Below, in pieces: positions 1-10,447 of a stretch of DNA of 64,000 nucleotides. This stretch comes from Promethearchaeota archaeon. Lineage in GTDB: Archaea; Asgardarchaeota; Lokiarchaeia; Sigyniarchaeales; SOKP01. Location of the stretch: assembly GCA_019058365.1 (NCBI GenBank), contig JAHPZE010000004.1, positions 192,001 through 256,000 on the forward strand, read 5' to 3'. The translations under genes were made by a program, and so were the position numbers. Numbering within the stretch: the first letter of the stretch is position 1; the number at the start of each line of letters is the position of its first letter. Under the pieces are notes generated by a model. The model ran no database searches and was not told where the DNA came from. It saw nothing but the letters and a program-made list of their open reading frames with translations.

Positions 1-2
1 AT

Positions 3-779
3 TTTCTAAGAAGTAATACGGTAATCTGGGATATGGGAGGTCAAGAAACATATCGAGAGATTTATGTCAATTATCAAGATGTTTACTTTGATTCTACTGA
101 TTTACTAATCTATGTAATAGATATTCAGGATCCAGATCGATTTAATAACTCACTTGAATACTTAAATGCAATTTTAAGCTTCTTTGAAAAGAGTGAAATG
201 AACGTTCCGATAATAATAACATTTCATAAATACGATCCTGAGTTGAAAGCTAATGAAGAAATCCTTTTAAATATTGAAAAATTAAGAGAAAAAATATTAA
301 ATAAATATCCTAATTTCAACATATTATTTCAGCAATCTTCTATTTATGATATAATTTCTATAGTCCAGTTAGTTTCATATGGGCTTTCTGTATTTGATAA
401 AAAGTTTTTTCAACTTTCAGAATTATTAGAATACTATTTAGATATTTTTAAATGCCAAGCTTTAATTATATTCGATCGAAATGGTATTATCATTTCTGAA
501 TATTATAGTGATATCAACCCTGAAGTATATGTTGAGTTGCTAGAATCCATCAAAGAACATCTCTTCTTACTTAAACGGATGGATGAGGAAAAGTATGAAG
601 GAAATTTTGATTTTACATCAACTGAAGGTCCGCTCTTTTCATATTTATTAAGAAAGAAAATAAATAATGATATGTTTTTTGTGTCTGCAGTACTTAAAGA
701 ACAAGATAAAGAAAATTTTTTTGAAAGCTTCCCAGAATTTCTTGAAAGTGTAACTCAGATTTTAAAAGAATTAATATAA
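3..779 (+). CDS. Rag/Gtr1-like small GTPase with C-terminal roadblock/longin-like domain (5' part outside window)
   Basis: Frame open from base 3 (FLRSNTVIWDMGGQ = G3). Rag-type G4 HKYD and G5 SSIYD; C-terminal ALIIFDRNGIIISE roadblock-like segment. Confidence 0.8.
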   Translation, partial: FLRSNTVIWDMGGQETYREIYVNYQDVYFDSTDLLIYVIDIQDPDRFNNSLEYLNAILSFFEKSEMNVPIIITFHKYDPELKANEEILLNIEKLREKILNKYPNFNILFQQSSIYDIISIVQLVSYGLSVFDKKFFQLSELLEYYLDIFKCQALIIFDRNGIIISEYYSDINPEVYVELLESIKEHLFLLKRMDEEKYEGNFDFTSTEGPLFSYLLRKKINNDMFFVSAVLKEQDKENFFESFPEFLESVTQILKELI

Positions 780-805
780 ACCCAATTATAACAAGGAAAC
801 TACCT

Positions 806-1906
806 TTAATCAATTTTTAGAAGGTTTCGAGCTTTATCTATTAATTTTTCTTTTTTTTTTCTATGATTTTTTATGAAATTTAAAACTTTCTCAACACATT
901 CTTGTTTATGATCTCCACACATTAACTCACCCTTAACACACATTTCAAAGTCTTTAGCTAATTTTTCATCATCTTCTTCAAAGTGATACATTAGCATTTT
1001 ATAAACCATGCATTTTTGAGGTTCACCACCTAATTGCTTCTGCTCTTTCAAATTTCTTCTGCCTCCAGTGAGAGATCCTTTAACCTTCTTTTCAATTGAC
1101 TCAAGAGGCTCATTGAATGTAAAATAACTGTTAGGATTTCTCTTAGCCATTTTCTCTGAGCCATCAATTCCCGCTAATAAATAATGATAAGTTGCTCCCG
1201 GTAAAAACAACTTCTTATAATTTCTGCGTGTTAGATCTCTGGTAAGACGTAAATGAGGATCCTGATCTATCCCTACAGGCACTATTGTTGGTTGAGGCCC
1301 TTCTATAACTTGTGGGAGTATAATATCTCCTACTTGTATTAACGAAGATATATAAAGTCCAAATGTTCTTTCACCATAAATAGCATTTAGCATATTCTGG
1401 GTAACGAGCCTACTAACCTTAAAACAAATATCCTTTACTTTTGACTCTCTTGATTGTCTCCAAATATATGCTTTTTTTGGAGATGGATCCAACCCAAGAG
1501 CTAATATATCAGCTATATTATCTACTGCTGTATCTTCTGCTTTCTCCCATGGTATTCCATTATCTTCCCAACTTTCAATATCTGCAACTCCATAATATGC
1601 CTTTCCTCCCATTTTCTGAAACTCTACGATCTCCAATGCTGTAGTTGCTGTACCTAAGTGAAATGGTCCAGAAGGTTTAATTCCACTCATCACTGCCCAC
1701 GGTTGGCCTTTCTCTATAGCTTTATAAATAAGACCTAAATCACGATGACCAAAAATGATTTTTCTTCTAATAAAACGGTTTTTAATCATTTTTTGTCTAA
1801 TAACATCTGTGATTTCTTCGATCCCGAACTCTTTAATTAATCTAGCGTAATCATCTTCTTGGATTGCTGAAGCCCCCCATGGGTCTATTTTGAAATCCTC
1901 AGTCAT
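806..1906 (-). CDS. trpS: Tryptophanyl-tRNA synthetase, archaeal type
   Basis: IDPWG start, GHRDL, SGIKPSGPFHLG (HIGH), VPVGIDQDPH, KMAKR (KMSKS), C-terminal LMCGDHK. Confidence 0.93.
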   Translation of the reverse strand: MTEDFKIDPWGASAIQEDDYARLIKEFGIEEITDVIRQKMIKNRFIRRKIIFGHRDLGLIYKAIEKGQPWAVMSGIKPSGPFHLGTATTALEIVEFQKMGGKAYYGVADIESWEDNGIPWEKAEDTAVDNIADILALGLDPSPKKAYIWRQSRESKVKDICFKVSRLVTQNMLNAIYGERTFGLYISSLIQVGDIILPQVIEGPQPTIVPVGIDQDPHLRLTRDLTRRNYKKLFLPGATYHYLLAGIDGSEKMAKRNPNSYFTFNEPLESIEKKVKGSLTGGRRNLKEQKQLGGEPQKCMVYKMLMYHFEEDDEKLAKDFEMCVKGELMCGDHKQECVEKVLNFIKNHRKKKEKLIDKARNLLKID

Positions 1907-2144
1907 GTTTTTCTACTACTGTTTATGTTTAATAATAATAGAAATACATATAATATAATAAATTTTGATTTCAATTCAACATAATAAGCAAGAATTTAAT
2001 CCAAAAACAATTAATTTGAGTTTTTTAAAAAATTTTCAACGAAAACTAGATTTTAAATTAAATTTTTATAAAATTTTATATATTTCTCAAAATAAAATAT
2101 ATTGATCTTAATAAATCTCATAATTTTATTTGGATTGATCTTTA

Positions 2145-2603
2145 ATGAAGAGAGAGAAAGTTCTAGATGAAATTGACAAACAAATCATCCGTATACTTCA
2201 AGATAATGCTAGAACTTCTTATAGGGAAATTCAAGATAAATTAGGAATCTCAATTGGAACTATACATAATCGAATTACTAAATTAAAAAAGACCGGTGTA
2301 ATAGAAGGTTACACACTCAGACTCAATAACGAAAAACTCGGCTATAAATTAACCTTTTTAATAAGAATCGACGTAGATGGAAAATTTACTGAGGAAATAT
2401 TAAATGATATCGCTAAAAAACCTGAGGTTTGTAGTGTTTTTCACACAACTGGGGAACAATCAGCAGCTTTGATTTGTAGATTTAAAGAGTCTGAAGATGT
2501 TCACGCATTTATTCGAGATTTGAATAAAAAGGAGTATGTAACCCGTACAAATTCAAATATGATTTTAAAAGAGTATAAGAACACTTCTTTTATTGAAATT
2601 TAA
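2145..2603 (+). CDS. Lrp/AsnC family transcriptional regulator
   Basis: LDEIDKQIIRILQDNARTSYREI HTH, RITKLKKTGVIEGY, RAM domain HTTGE. Confidence 0.9.
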   Translation: MKREKVLDEIDKQIIRILQDNARTSYREIQDKLGISIGTIHNRITKLKKTGVIEGYTLRLNNEKLGYKLTFLIRIDVDGKFTEEILNDIAKKPEVCSVFHTTGEQSAALICRFKESEDVHAFIRDLNKKEYVTRTNSNMILKEYKNTSFIEI

Positions 2604-2704
2604 AATCAAATAAAATTAGTTACTATCCAATTTGATAAAATTTTTATGACATAGAGATCTATATAAATAATAATTCAAATTTCATAAAAAAAAGTGCAAT
2701 TAAA

Positions 2705-4294
2705 ATGTCAAATGTACCAATTATAATACTTAAGGAAGGAACAGAGGAAGTACGTGAAAAAGAAGCTCGAAAACAGAATATTACTGCAATGGTTGCAATT
2801 GCAGAAACCGTACGATCCACTTTAGGTCCTAGAGGAATGTCAAAAATGCTTGTTGATTCTCTGGGTGATGTTACAATTACTAATGATGGAGCCGAAATTT
2901 TAAAGAACCTCGACATCGAAAATATAGCTGCAAATATGATGGTTAATGTCGCAAAATCAATTGATGAAGATATCGGTGATGGCACAACTTCTGCTGTAAT
3001 ATTTTCTGCTACTTTATTAAACAACGCTTTAGAATTGATTGAGCAAGGGATTCATCCGAGACCTATTACTCATGGATATAAGCTAGCAGCTGATAAAGCA
3101 CTTTCAATTATTAAAGAAATATCAATTAAAATTTCAAGCGACGATGATGAGGTTCTTAAAAATGCTGCAAAAACAGCTATGAATTCTAAGGAGATTGCTC
3201 CCTTAAAGGATTTTTTTGCAGATTTAGCCCTAAAGGCAATAAAACAGATAGCAGATGAGAAAGGGAATAATTTTGCAAAAGTAAGCAACGTTAAAATTGT
3301 TAAAGCATCGGGGAAATCCCTAAAAGATACTGAATTAATTAACGGAGTATACACTCAAAAAGAAAAAGTAAATGCTATGATGCCTGTTTCTATAAAAGAT
3401 GCTAAAATTGCGGTTATTAGAAGAAAATTAGATGTAAAAAAGACAGAATTTGACGCTCAAGTTCGTATTTCTAGCCCTTCTGAAATTCAAAAATTTCTTA
3501 ATCAAGAAGATAAAATTCTCTTAGATTATTTAAAAATCTTTAAAAATTTAGGAGTAAATATGATTGTAAACAGTAGCGATATCTCTGACAAATTCGGTGC
3601 TTATTTAGCAAAAGAAGGGATTGCTGCTATAAAAAGTGTTGGTGAAAGCGATTACAAGTCAATATTAAAGGCTGTTGGTGCAAAACTTGTAGATGATTTA
3701 ACTTCACTTTCAATAGATGATTTAGGATTTGCAGAAAGAATCCATTTTGAAAAACTTGGTGATGACGAATATACTTTATTTACAGGATGTAAAAATCCTA
3801 AATCTGTGTCTATTTTGATCAAAGGTGGTTTAGATAAGATTCTTAGTACTGCTGAAGTCTCTTTAAACGATGTATTATCAGTTATAGCTAAAATATCAGA
3901 CACTAAGACTGTAGTAGCTGGGGGAGGTGCAATATATATCGAACTTGCTAAAAGAATAAGAGCTTATGCAAACGAAATTGGCGGAAAAGAACAACTTGCC
4001 GTGAATGCGTTTGCCTTAGCACTCGAAGAAATCCCTAAAACTTTAATCAAAAATGCTGGATTAGAAGAAATTGAAAAGTTAACTGAATTAAGAGCAGCAC
4101 ATAAAACTGATGATGATAAATGGATAGGAATCGATACGATTACAAATACTATTGGAGATAATTATAAAAAGGGAATTGTCGAACCCGCCGAATTGATAAA
4201 TCATATTATAAAATCTGGTAGTGAGTTAGCGAATCTTATCTTAAGAGTAGACAGAATCATAAGTGCAAAGGGTAGTAAACCTGAAGGGTTATAA
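2705..4294 (+). CDS. Thermosome (group II chaperonin) subunit
   Basis: STLGPRGMSKML, TITNDGAEIL, GDGTTS, AGGGA, LILRVD. Confidence 0.93.
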   Translation: MSNVPIIILKEGTEEVREKEARKQNITAMVAIAETVRSTLGPRGMSKMLVDSLGDVTITNDGAEILKNLDIENIAANMMVNVAKSIDEDIGDGTTSAVIFSATLLNNALELIEQGIHPRPITHGYKLAADKALSIIKEISIKISSDDDEVLKNAAKTAMNSKEIAPLKDFFADLALKAIKQIADEKGNNFAKVSNVKIVKASGKSLKDTELINGVYTQKEKVNAMMPVSIKDAKIAVIRRKLDVKKTEFDAQVRISSPSEIQKFLNQEDKILLDYLKIFKNLGVNMIVNSSDISDKFGAYLAKEGIAAIKSVGESDYKSILKAVGAKLVDDLTSLSIDDLGFAERIHFEKLGDDEYTLFTGCKNPKSVSILIKGGLDKILSTAEVSLNDVLSVIAKISDTKTVVAGGGAIYIELAKRIRAYANEIGGKEQLAVNAFALALEEIPKTLIKNAGLEEIEKLTELRAAHKTDDDKWIGIDTITNTIGDNYKKGIVEPAELINHIIKSGSELANLILRVDRIISAKGSKPEGL

Positions 4295-4310
4295 TAGTTA
4301 AAACAATTCT

Positions 4311-4328
4311 ATTTTATTTCTTTTTTTT
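4311..4328 (+). terminator. Oligo-T archaeal terminator candidate after thermosome gene
   Basis: ATTTTATTTCTTTTTTTT ~17 nt after the stop. Confidence 0.4.
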
Positions 4329-4519
4329 AATTATATTTTAATAAATCTTATTTAAGTTTTTCAAAATTTTTAAGATTAAATATTCTCAAACTATAAATAT
4401 CGGCTTGGAAATCTGAAAGTATAAAAAAAGTAAAATTAAAAAAACTCAGAACTTTTCCTATAACACATCTATAATCATTATTAATTGATTCTATAATAAA
4501 AATAGCTGAAAAAATTAAA

Positions 4520-6397
4520 ATGGAAGTTATCGATAAAAATAACTTTGATAAATTAATTGCTCTCAATAATAGTCACGTCGTAAAAGTTATAGATGAGTTT
4601 GTTACTAAATGCAAACCCTCTAAGGTTACAGTTATAACAGATTCAAAAGAAGATATTGACTACGTAAGAAATAGAGCTGTCGAGCTTGGTGAAGAAGCGA
4701 GATTAAATCTGAAAGGACATACAATACATTACGATGGGTTTTTTACAATGACTAATCATGATCAAGCTAGAGACAAAGAGAATACTCAAGTATTAGTACC
4801 CAAAGGACAAAAAGATTCATATCCTTGGATAAATACTATGGAAAGAGAAAAAGGATTAATGGAAATTATGGAAATTATGGATGGTTGCATGAAAGGTCAT
4901 GAGTGTGTAATTCGGTTTTTCTGCTTAGGGCCAAAAAGTTCGAAATTTTCAATACTTGCACTTCAATTAACAGATTCGTTTTATGTTGCCCATTCAGAAG
5001 ATCTTCTTTATAGAGCAGGCTACGAGGAATTCAAAACATTAAATGGATCCGATGATTTTTTTTATTTTATTCATTCTTCCGGAGAATTAACTGGTGATCC
5101 TCCAGTTACTAAAAATCTCGATAAAAGGAGGGTTTATATAGATTTGAAAGAAGGACGTGTGCTTTCAGTAAATAATCAATATGCAGGAAATTCACTTGGA
5201 TTAAAAAAACTCGCTTTACGTTTAGGTATATATAAAGCTAATAATGAAGATTGGCTAACAGAGCATTATTTTATAATGGGGGTTCATCCAAAAGCAAAAA
5301 GCAGAGTTTCATATTTCTGTGGTGCGTTTCCTTCTGCTTGTGGCAAAACTAGCACCGCAATGTTACCTGGACAAACTATAGTTGGAGATGATATAGCTTA
5401 TCTTCGAATTTGGGAAGATGGTTATGCTCATTCGGTAAACATTGAGAGGGGCATTTTTGGAATTATCAAAGATGTAAATGCTGAAGATGATCCTGTAATA
5501 TTTGACGCTTTAACAACCCCTAGAGAAACTATTTTTTCTAATGTGCTTGTTAAAGATGGAACCCCTTATTGGATTGGAGATGGAAGAGCAATCCCAGATG
5601 AAGGATTTAATTTTTCAGGTAATTGGAATAAAGGAAAGAAGGATATTGATGGGAAAGAAATACCTCTTGCTCATCCAAATGCTCGATACACAATCCGTAT
5701 TGAAGAATTGAATAACGTCGATCCGAATCTCCATAATCCAGATGGAGTATCAGTGCATGGCATACTTTATGGAGGCCGTGACAGTGATACAATGCCCCCA
5801 GTAATTGAAAGTCTTGACTGGGAACATGGAGTTTTCTTAGGGGCTTCTATTGAATCAGAAACTACCTCTGCAACCCTAGGAGCAGAAGGTGTTAGACAAG
5901 CAAATCCTATGGCTAATCTTGATTTCTTAGTCTTAAGTTTAGGAAAATATTTAAAAAACCACCAAAAATTTGGAAACCAATTAGATCATTGCCCTAAAGT
6001 GTTTGCAACTAATTACTTTCTTAAAAATAAAGAAGGAAAATATTTAAATGGTATCTTAGATAAGTTATGTTGGGTAATTTGGGCAGAAGGTCGTGTTCAT
6101 AATGATTATGAGGCAATAGAGACACCTATTGGTTATATCCCTATATATTTAGATTTAAAAACACTTTTTAAACAATATCTTCAGAAAGAATATACAGAGG
6201 AAGATTATGTAAAACAATTTTCTATTAAACCTAATAAGCTTCTCGATAAATTAGATCGTATTGAAACAATGTATAAAAAAGAAAAGGATGTACCTAAATT
6301 TTTCTGGAATTTACATAAAAACCTACGAATAAATTTAAAAAATTTGCAAAAAGAATATCCTATGGAAGAAATATCTCCTATATCATTAAAAAAATAG
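4520..6397 (+). CDS. pckG: Phosphoenolpyruvate carboxykinase (GTP)
   Basis: DQAR, YAGNSLGLKK, WLTEH, AFPSACGKTS, VGDDIAY, HPNARY, YGGRD. Confidence 0.93.
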   Translation: MEVIDKNNFDKLIALNNSHVVKVIDEFVTKCKPSKVTVITDSKEDIDYVRNRAVELGEEARLNLKGHTIHYDGFFTMTNHDQARDKENTQVLVPKGQKDSYPWINTMEREKGLMEIMEIMDGCMKGHECVIRFFCLGPKSSKFSILALQLTDSFYVAHSEDLLYRAGYEEFKTLNGSDDFFYFIHSSGELTGDPPVTKNLDKRRVYIDLKEGRVLSVNNQYAGNSLGLKKLALRLGIYKANNEDWLTEHYFIMGVHPKAKSRVSYFCGAFPSACGKTSTAMLPGQTIVGDDIAYLRIWEDGYAHSVNIERGIFGIIKDVNAEDDPVIFDALTTPRETIFSNVLVKDGTPYWIGDGRAIPDEGFNFSGNWNKGKKDIDGKEIPLAHPNARYTIRIEELNNVDPNLHNPDGVSVHGILYGGRDSDTMPPVIESLDWEHGVFLGASIESETTSATLGAEGVRQANPMANLDFLVLSLGKYLKNHQKFGNQLDHCPKVFATNYFLKNKEGKYLNGILDKLCWVIWAEGRVHNDYEAIETPIGYIPIYLDLKTLFKQYLQKEYTEEDYVKQFSIKPNKLLDKLDRIETMYKKEKDVPKFFWNLHKNLRINLKNLQKEYPMEEISPISLKK

Positions 6398-6414
6398 ACT
6401 TACTTTAAAATCAA

Positions 6415-7095
6415 TTAAACCAAATATTTTAACCCACTTCTTACTTTAAATACCTTTTTAATTCTATCCACTTCAATAAATCTTTTAATCTCTAAATTAT
6501 TTAAAAAATCTCGCATTTGAACATTATCCTTTTTTAATTCTTGTGCTAAACCTTCAATATCATTTTCATATGCCCGAAGTGTTTGAAGTAATGATGAATA
6601 TTCTTCATAAATATGATTTACTAAATAAGTAACCGATTCTTTTATGTTCATTCCGGATTTTGCACTTGTAGGAAAGATTTTACTATCTTCAGGTAAATAA
6701 TTTTGAGCTTGGATCACTTCTGGTGGTCGTGCGCCTTCAATATCCTGCTTGTTTGCCACAAATGTTATCGGAGTATTAGGAGGTAATAACTTGCGAATAG
6801 AATTTAATATTACAATTGCACTATCATCTTTTTCTGGAGCAGCAGCATCAAAAATAAAAATTATCCCATCAGAACCAGTGGTGACTATGCTTCTCATTAT
6901 TGAGAATCTTAAAAGACCTGGAGTACCAAATAAGTAGCAATCAAATCCATTTAACTTTACGCTCCCAAGATCCATCCCAACTGTATAAAATTTTTCGTCC
7001 TTTCCTTTTGCTTCAACATTCAAAGCATTTGGATCTAACGCTTTAATGTAACTTGATTTACCAGATTGTAACGGACCAGATACCAGTATTTTTAT
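6415..7095 (-). CDS. Small GTPase (MglA/conservon-like) fused to a C-terminal winged-helix-like domain; probable ATA start
   Basis: P-loop GPLQSGKS lies in frame upstream of the track start at 7023. G2 TVGMD, G3 GTPGL, G4 NKQD, G5 SAK. Confidence 0.8.
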   Translation of the reverse strand: MKILVSGPLQSGKSSYIKALDPNALNVEAKGKDEKFYTVGMDLGSVKLNGFDCYLFGTPGLLRFSIMRSIVTTGSDGIIFIFDAAAPEKDDSAIVILNSIRKLLPPNTPITFVANKQDIEGARPPEVIQAQNYLPEDSKIFPTSAKSGMNIKESVTYLVNHIYEEYSSLLQTLRAYENDIEGLAQELKKDNVQMRDFLNNLEIKRFIEVDRIKKVFKVRSGLKYLV

Positions 7096-7401
7096 TGTTA
7101 TTTCACCAATTTTTTAATGATGCAATTGAAACTTGAATTTACTTTTCTTATTCATATATTTAAAAGGATAGTATATTTGGATAATATATTTTATTATTTA
7201 TTAAATAGTTAATTTGTGGTTTAATTATTAATATCTTATTATTCATATCAAGTTTTCGTAATCACTTGAGAAAAATAATTTCTAATTAAATAGCCAATTT
7301 TTCTCCGAAGCTTTAAATTTTAAATAAAATTTTTCAAATTTTCTTTCCAATGATATTTGGAATATTTGTATTTCTACGTATAAAATAAACGTTTAATTCT
7401 A

Positions 7402-8541
7402 TCAAATTACTTTTCTTACTTCAAAATTTTCAGCTCTTTTTATTTTTTTTTTACTAAAACTAATAACCTGCGCTAAAATTTTTGATTTTTCTACTGAAGT
7501 ATTTAATTCATTTGGTTCAAAAATATATCCTTTATTTTGAGCGAGATTATAGATTTTTTCTCCTGTTTTTGTTCTAATCATAACTGTTGTATAACCAGTT
7601 TGAGAACCCAAACCTCCAAAAGAAATATCAGCAAAATAATTCGAAAAATTTTCACAAACTCTGCACGCGTGTCTCATAATGTCTCTAAGGTCAGAAAATT
7701 CGATTCTTAAAGGATTTTCTTTATTTCTTAGATTAATTATCAAATTGTTTTTAATATTTATCTTCTCAATGTCCTTAAAAGAAAAGTTGAACCTCTCTTC
7801 AATTCTCGCTCTAGCAACATCATCAAATTTAAAATTCTCGTAACAAAATAAACCTAAAGTATACTTAACAATATGAGCAGGAATAATATTTAGTTCTTGC
7901 ATTTTTCTTATGGAGTGAATCTGACAGGGAACTCCAACCACAGCAATTTTCATATAATCTGAATCAGTAACTTTTTTTAATTCAGAAATAGTTGAAACAA
8001 AGGTATTATAATTGCCTAATTCTGGAATAGGACCTTTTAAATCGTAATTTGTACCTGCAGCTTCAAGAATTTCTTCCTTGGTTTTAGCAAAAAAAGGTAT
8101 CCTCTGAAAAGAACTAATTCTTTTTGATATAAGTGCGCCATTTATTAAATTATTATCTAAAAGAGCAATTAAAATAGCTGTCACAATACCTCCATCAGTA
8201 GCTACTTCCCGAATTTTTGGATCTTTTGCTTGAGCTGTTACAATTTTAACCCAATTTCCAATTGGGGGTTTAAAATCGAATCTCTTGTTTAATTCGTTTC
8301 TCAATTCAAAAGTTTCAGGACAAATTAAATAGCATATTCCACAATGTAAACAATTTTCTTTATTAAAATAATGAGGTGGTCCAACTTCTGTCATTTCAAT
8401 TGCTCCAATATCTGCTGCGGTACAAAAACTTACACAACCCCCGCATTCTCCACATATATCTTTTTCATGAATATCTTTAATGAGATCTTCAAAAGATTTA
8501 GGCATGATATCACTCATTTTTAATGTAGGATCTTCAGACAT
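7402..8541 (-). CDS. FrhB/FdhB/FpoF-family (F420-binding) subunit with N-terminal 2x[4Fe-4S]
   Basis: CGECGGCVSFC, CLHCGICYLICP, DGGIVT, AAGTNY, VVGVPCQI, GLFCYENF, CRVC..ADISFGGLGS. Confidence 0.88.
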   Translation of the reverse strand: MSEDPTLKMSDIMPKSFEDLIKDIHEKDICGECGGCVSFCTAADIGAIEMTEVGPPHYFNKENCLHCGICYLICPETFELRNELNKRFDFKPPIGNWVKIVTAQAKDPKIREVATDGGIVTAILIALLDNNLINGALISKRISSFQRIPFFAKTKEEILEAAGTNYDLKGPIPELGNYNTFVSTISELKKVTDSDYMKIAVVGVPCQIHSIRKMQELNIIPAHIVKYTLGLFCYENFKFDDVARARIEERFNFSFKDIEKINIKNNLIINLRNKENPLRIEFSDLRDIMRHACRVCENFSNYFADISFGGLGSQTGYTTVMIRTKTGEKIYNLAQNKGYIFEPNELNTSVEKSKILAQVISFSKKKIKRAENFEVRKVI

Positions 8542-9049
8542 ACAAATTTACCTTTTCTTTTCTTTCAAAAGTTAATTAATAATTCTATAATATTTTCCAA
8601 CATTATAATTTTTGTTAATAAAAATATATCAAAATGACTTAAATCGTATATTTTTTACTATATAAATATAGGAATTTGAACTATATTTCCCGATTCAATA
8701 ATTTTATATCAAAAATTATTTTTGTAAAAAATAACAAGTTTTTACAATATTTTGAATTAATATTCAAAATTGATAATTTTAAAAGTTAAAAAATTTATAA
8801 ATTAATACTTTTTTCTTACTAATTTTTCAAAAAGATAAATGAAAATGTCGGAAATTTTAAAAAATGTTATATATTTCCGAAACCGTATAAAATCTTTAAA
8901 TACGAAGATCGATCTTAATTATAATATTGGAAAAAATTATTGTAATCCTTAAAAATATAATAAATATATTATTAAAAATATCAATATTAATAAAATAGAT
9001 AATTAGTTTCTAAAACATAATATATTAATTAGCTTATGGGGTATAAATT

Positions 9050-9556
9050 ATGCAAATGGTTGATTTTGAATTTCGAAATGAGTTGATAAAGGAAGATTTC
9101 TCATTAAATTATTGTTATCAATGTGGAACTTGTTCCAGCTCATGTCCAGTAGCTTTTGTTACTCAAGGTGAATATAATCCTCGAAAAATTATCGAACAAT
9201 CACTTTTAGGGCTTAAAGATATGCTATTAAAAGACCAAAAACCTAATGTATGGTTATGTTGTACGTGTCAGATGTGCGTAGAAGAATGCCCCCAAAAGGT
9301 TTTTTTAACGGAAATTTTTGAGAGGATTAAAAATAAGATTGTATTATTAGGAGAACCTTACCCTGAGAATTTTAAAATACAAGCAAAAAGCGTAATACAA
9401 AATGGATTAGCAATTCCTCTAACACAACCAATTATTCGTAGAAGAGAACAATTGGGACTTCCGAATATAGAATCTGCTAATATTAAAGAATTAAAAAAAT
9501 TGTTAGATGCTACTGATTTTGAAAAAAAAATAAAAGTGTTTGAGGTAAGTAAATAA
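9050..9556 (+). CDS. hdrC: Heterodisulfide reductase subunit C
   Basis: CYQCGTCSSSCP and WLCCTCQMCVEECPQ; first gene of the operon. Confidence 0.9.
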   Translation: MQMVDFEFRNELIKEDFSLNYCYQCGTCSSSCPVAFVTQGEYNPRKIIEQSLLGLKDMLLKDQKPNVWLCCTCQMCVEECPQKVFLTEIFERIKNKIVLLGEPYPENFKIQAKSVIQNGLAIPLTQPIIRRREQLGLPNIESANIKELKKLLDATDFEKKIKVFEVSK

Positions 9557-9557
9557 A

Positions 9558-10427
9558 ATGTCTTATAGTTACTTTTTAGGTTGTGTAATTCCTGGAAGAC
9601 TACCATTTTTAGAAGCATCAGCGCGAAACACATTTGAAAAAATTGGTTTGAAAGTTGGAGATCAAGCCAAATGTTCATGTTGTCCAGATCCTACTGGGGC
9701 AGCTCAATTGGATCATGAAACATTCTTAGCTTTAGGAGCAAGAAATTTATGTCTTTTTGAAGAAAGTAATAAAAGTATATTAAGTCTCTGTTCTGGATGT
9801 ACAGAATCTCTCAAAACAGTTAAACATATATTAGATAATGATGATGAGAAGAAAAAAGAAATTAATTTGAAATTAAAGGTAATAGGAAAAGCCTATAAAG
9901 GAAGTATTGATATTAAACATTTTGCTGAAGTATTATATGAAAATATTGAAAAAATTAAACAAAAGGTTAAAAAACCATTAAAAGATCTAAAAGTTGCGGG
10001 TCACCCTGGATGTCATTATTTACGTCCATCTGAAATAATAAATTGGGATGATCCATTGAATCCTAAAACCTTAGATGAATTAATTGAAGCAACTGGAGCA
10101 GATCCTGTTGAATATAGTTTGAAAAATGATTGTTGTGGAAACCCAGTAGAAAAATCTGATAAGGACATTTCTCTAAGGATGTTAGAGAACAAACTTAAAA
10201 GCATGAAAGAAGCAGGAACAGATTGTATTGCGTGTGTTTGCCCTGCTTGTTATCAGCAATTTGATTTCAATCAGAGAGAAGTAAATAAAATTTACAATAC
10301 AGATTATAATTTTCCAGTTTTTTATATAACAGAACTCATTGCTTTAGCTATAGGAATGGATACAGAAAAGCTTGGCTTAAATTTCCACAGAATTAAAGTT
10401 AATGATATTTTAAAAAAAATTGCTTAA
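9558..10427 (+). CDS. hdrB: Heterodisulfide reductase subunit B
   Basis: YFLGC, CCPDP, HPGCHYLRP, CCG, CPACYQQFD (CCG domains). Confidence 0.92.
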   Translation: MSYSYFLGCVIPGRLPFLEASARNTFEKIGLKVGDQAKCSCCPDPTGAAQLDHETFLALGARNLCLFEESNKSILSLCSGCTESLKTVKHILDNDDEKKKEINLKLKVIGKAYKGSIDIKHFAEVLYENIEKIKQKVKKPLKDLKVAGHPGCHYLRPSEIINWDDPLNPKTLDELIEATGADPVEYSLKNDCCGNPVEKSDKDISLRMLENKLKSMKEAGTDCIACVCPACYQQFDFNQREVNKIYNTDYNFPVFYITELIALAIGMDTEKLGLNFHRIKVNDILKKIA

Positions 10428-10447
10428 TATAAAGAAGATGATTTAAG

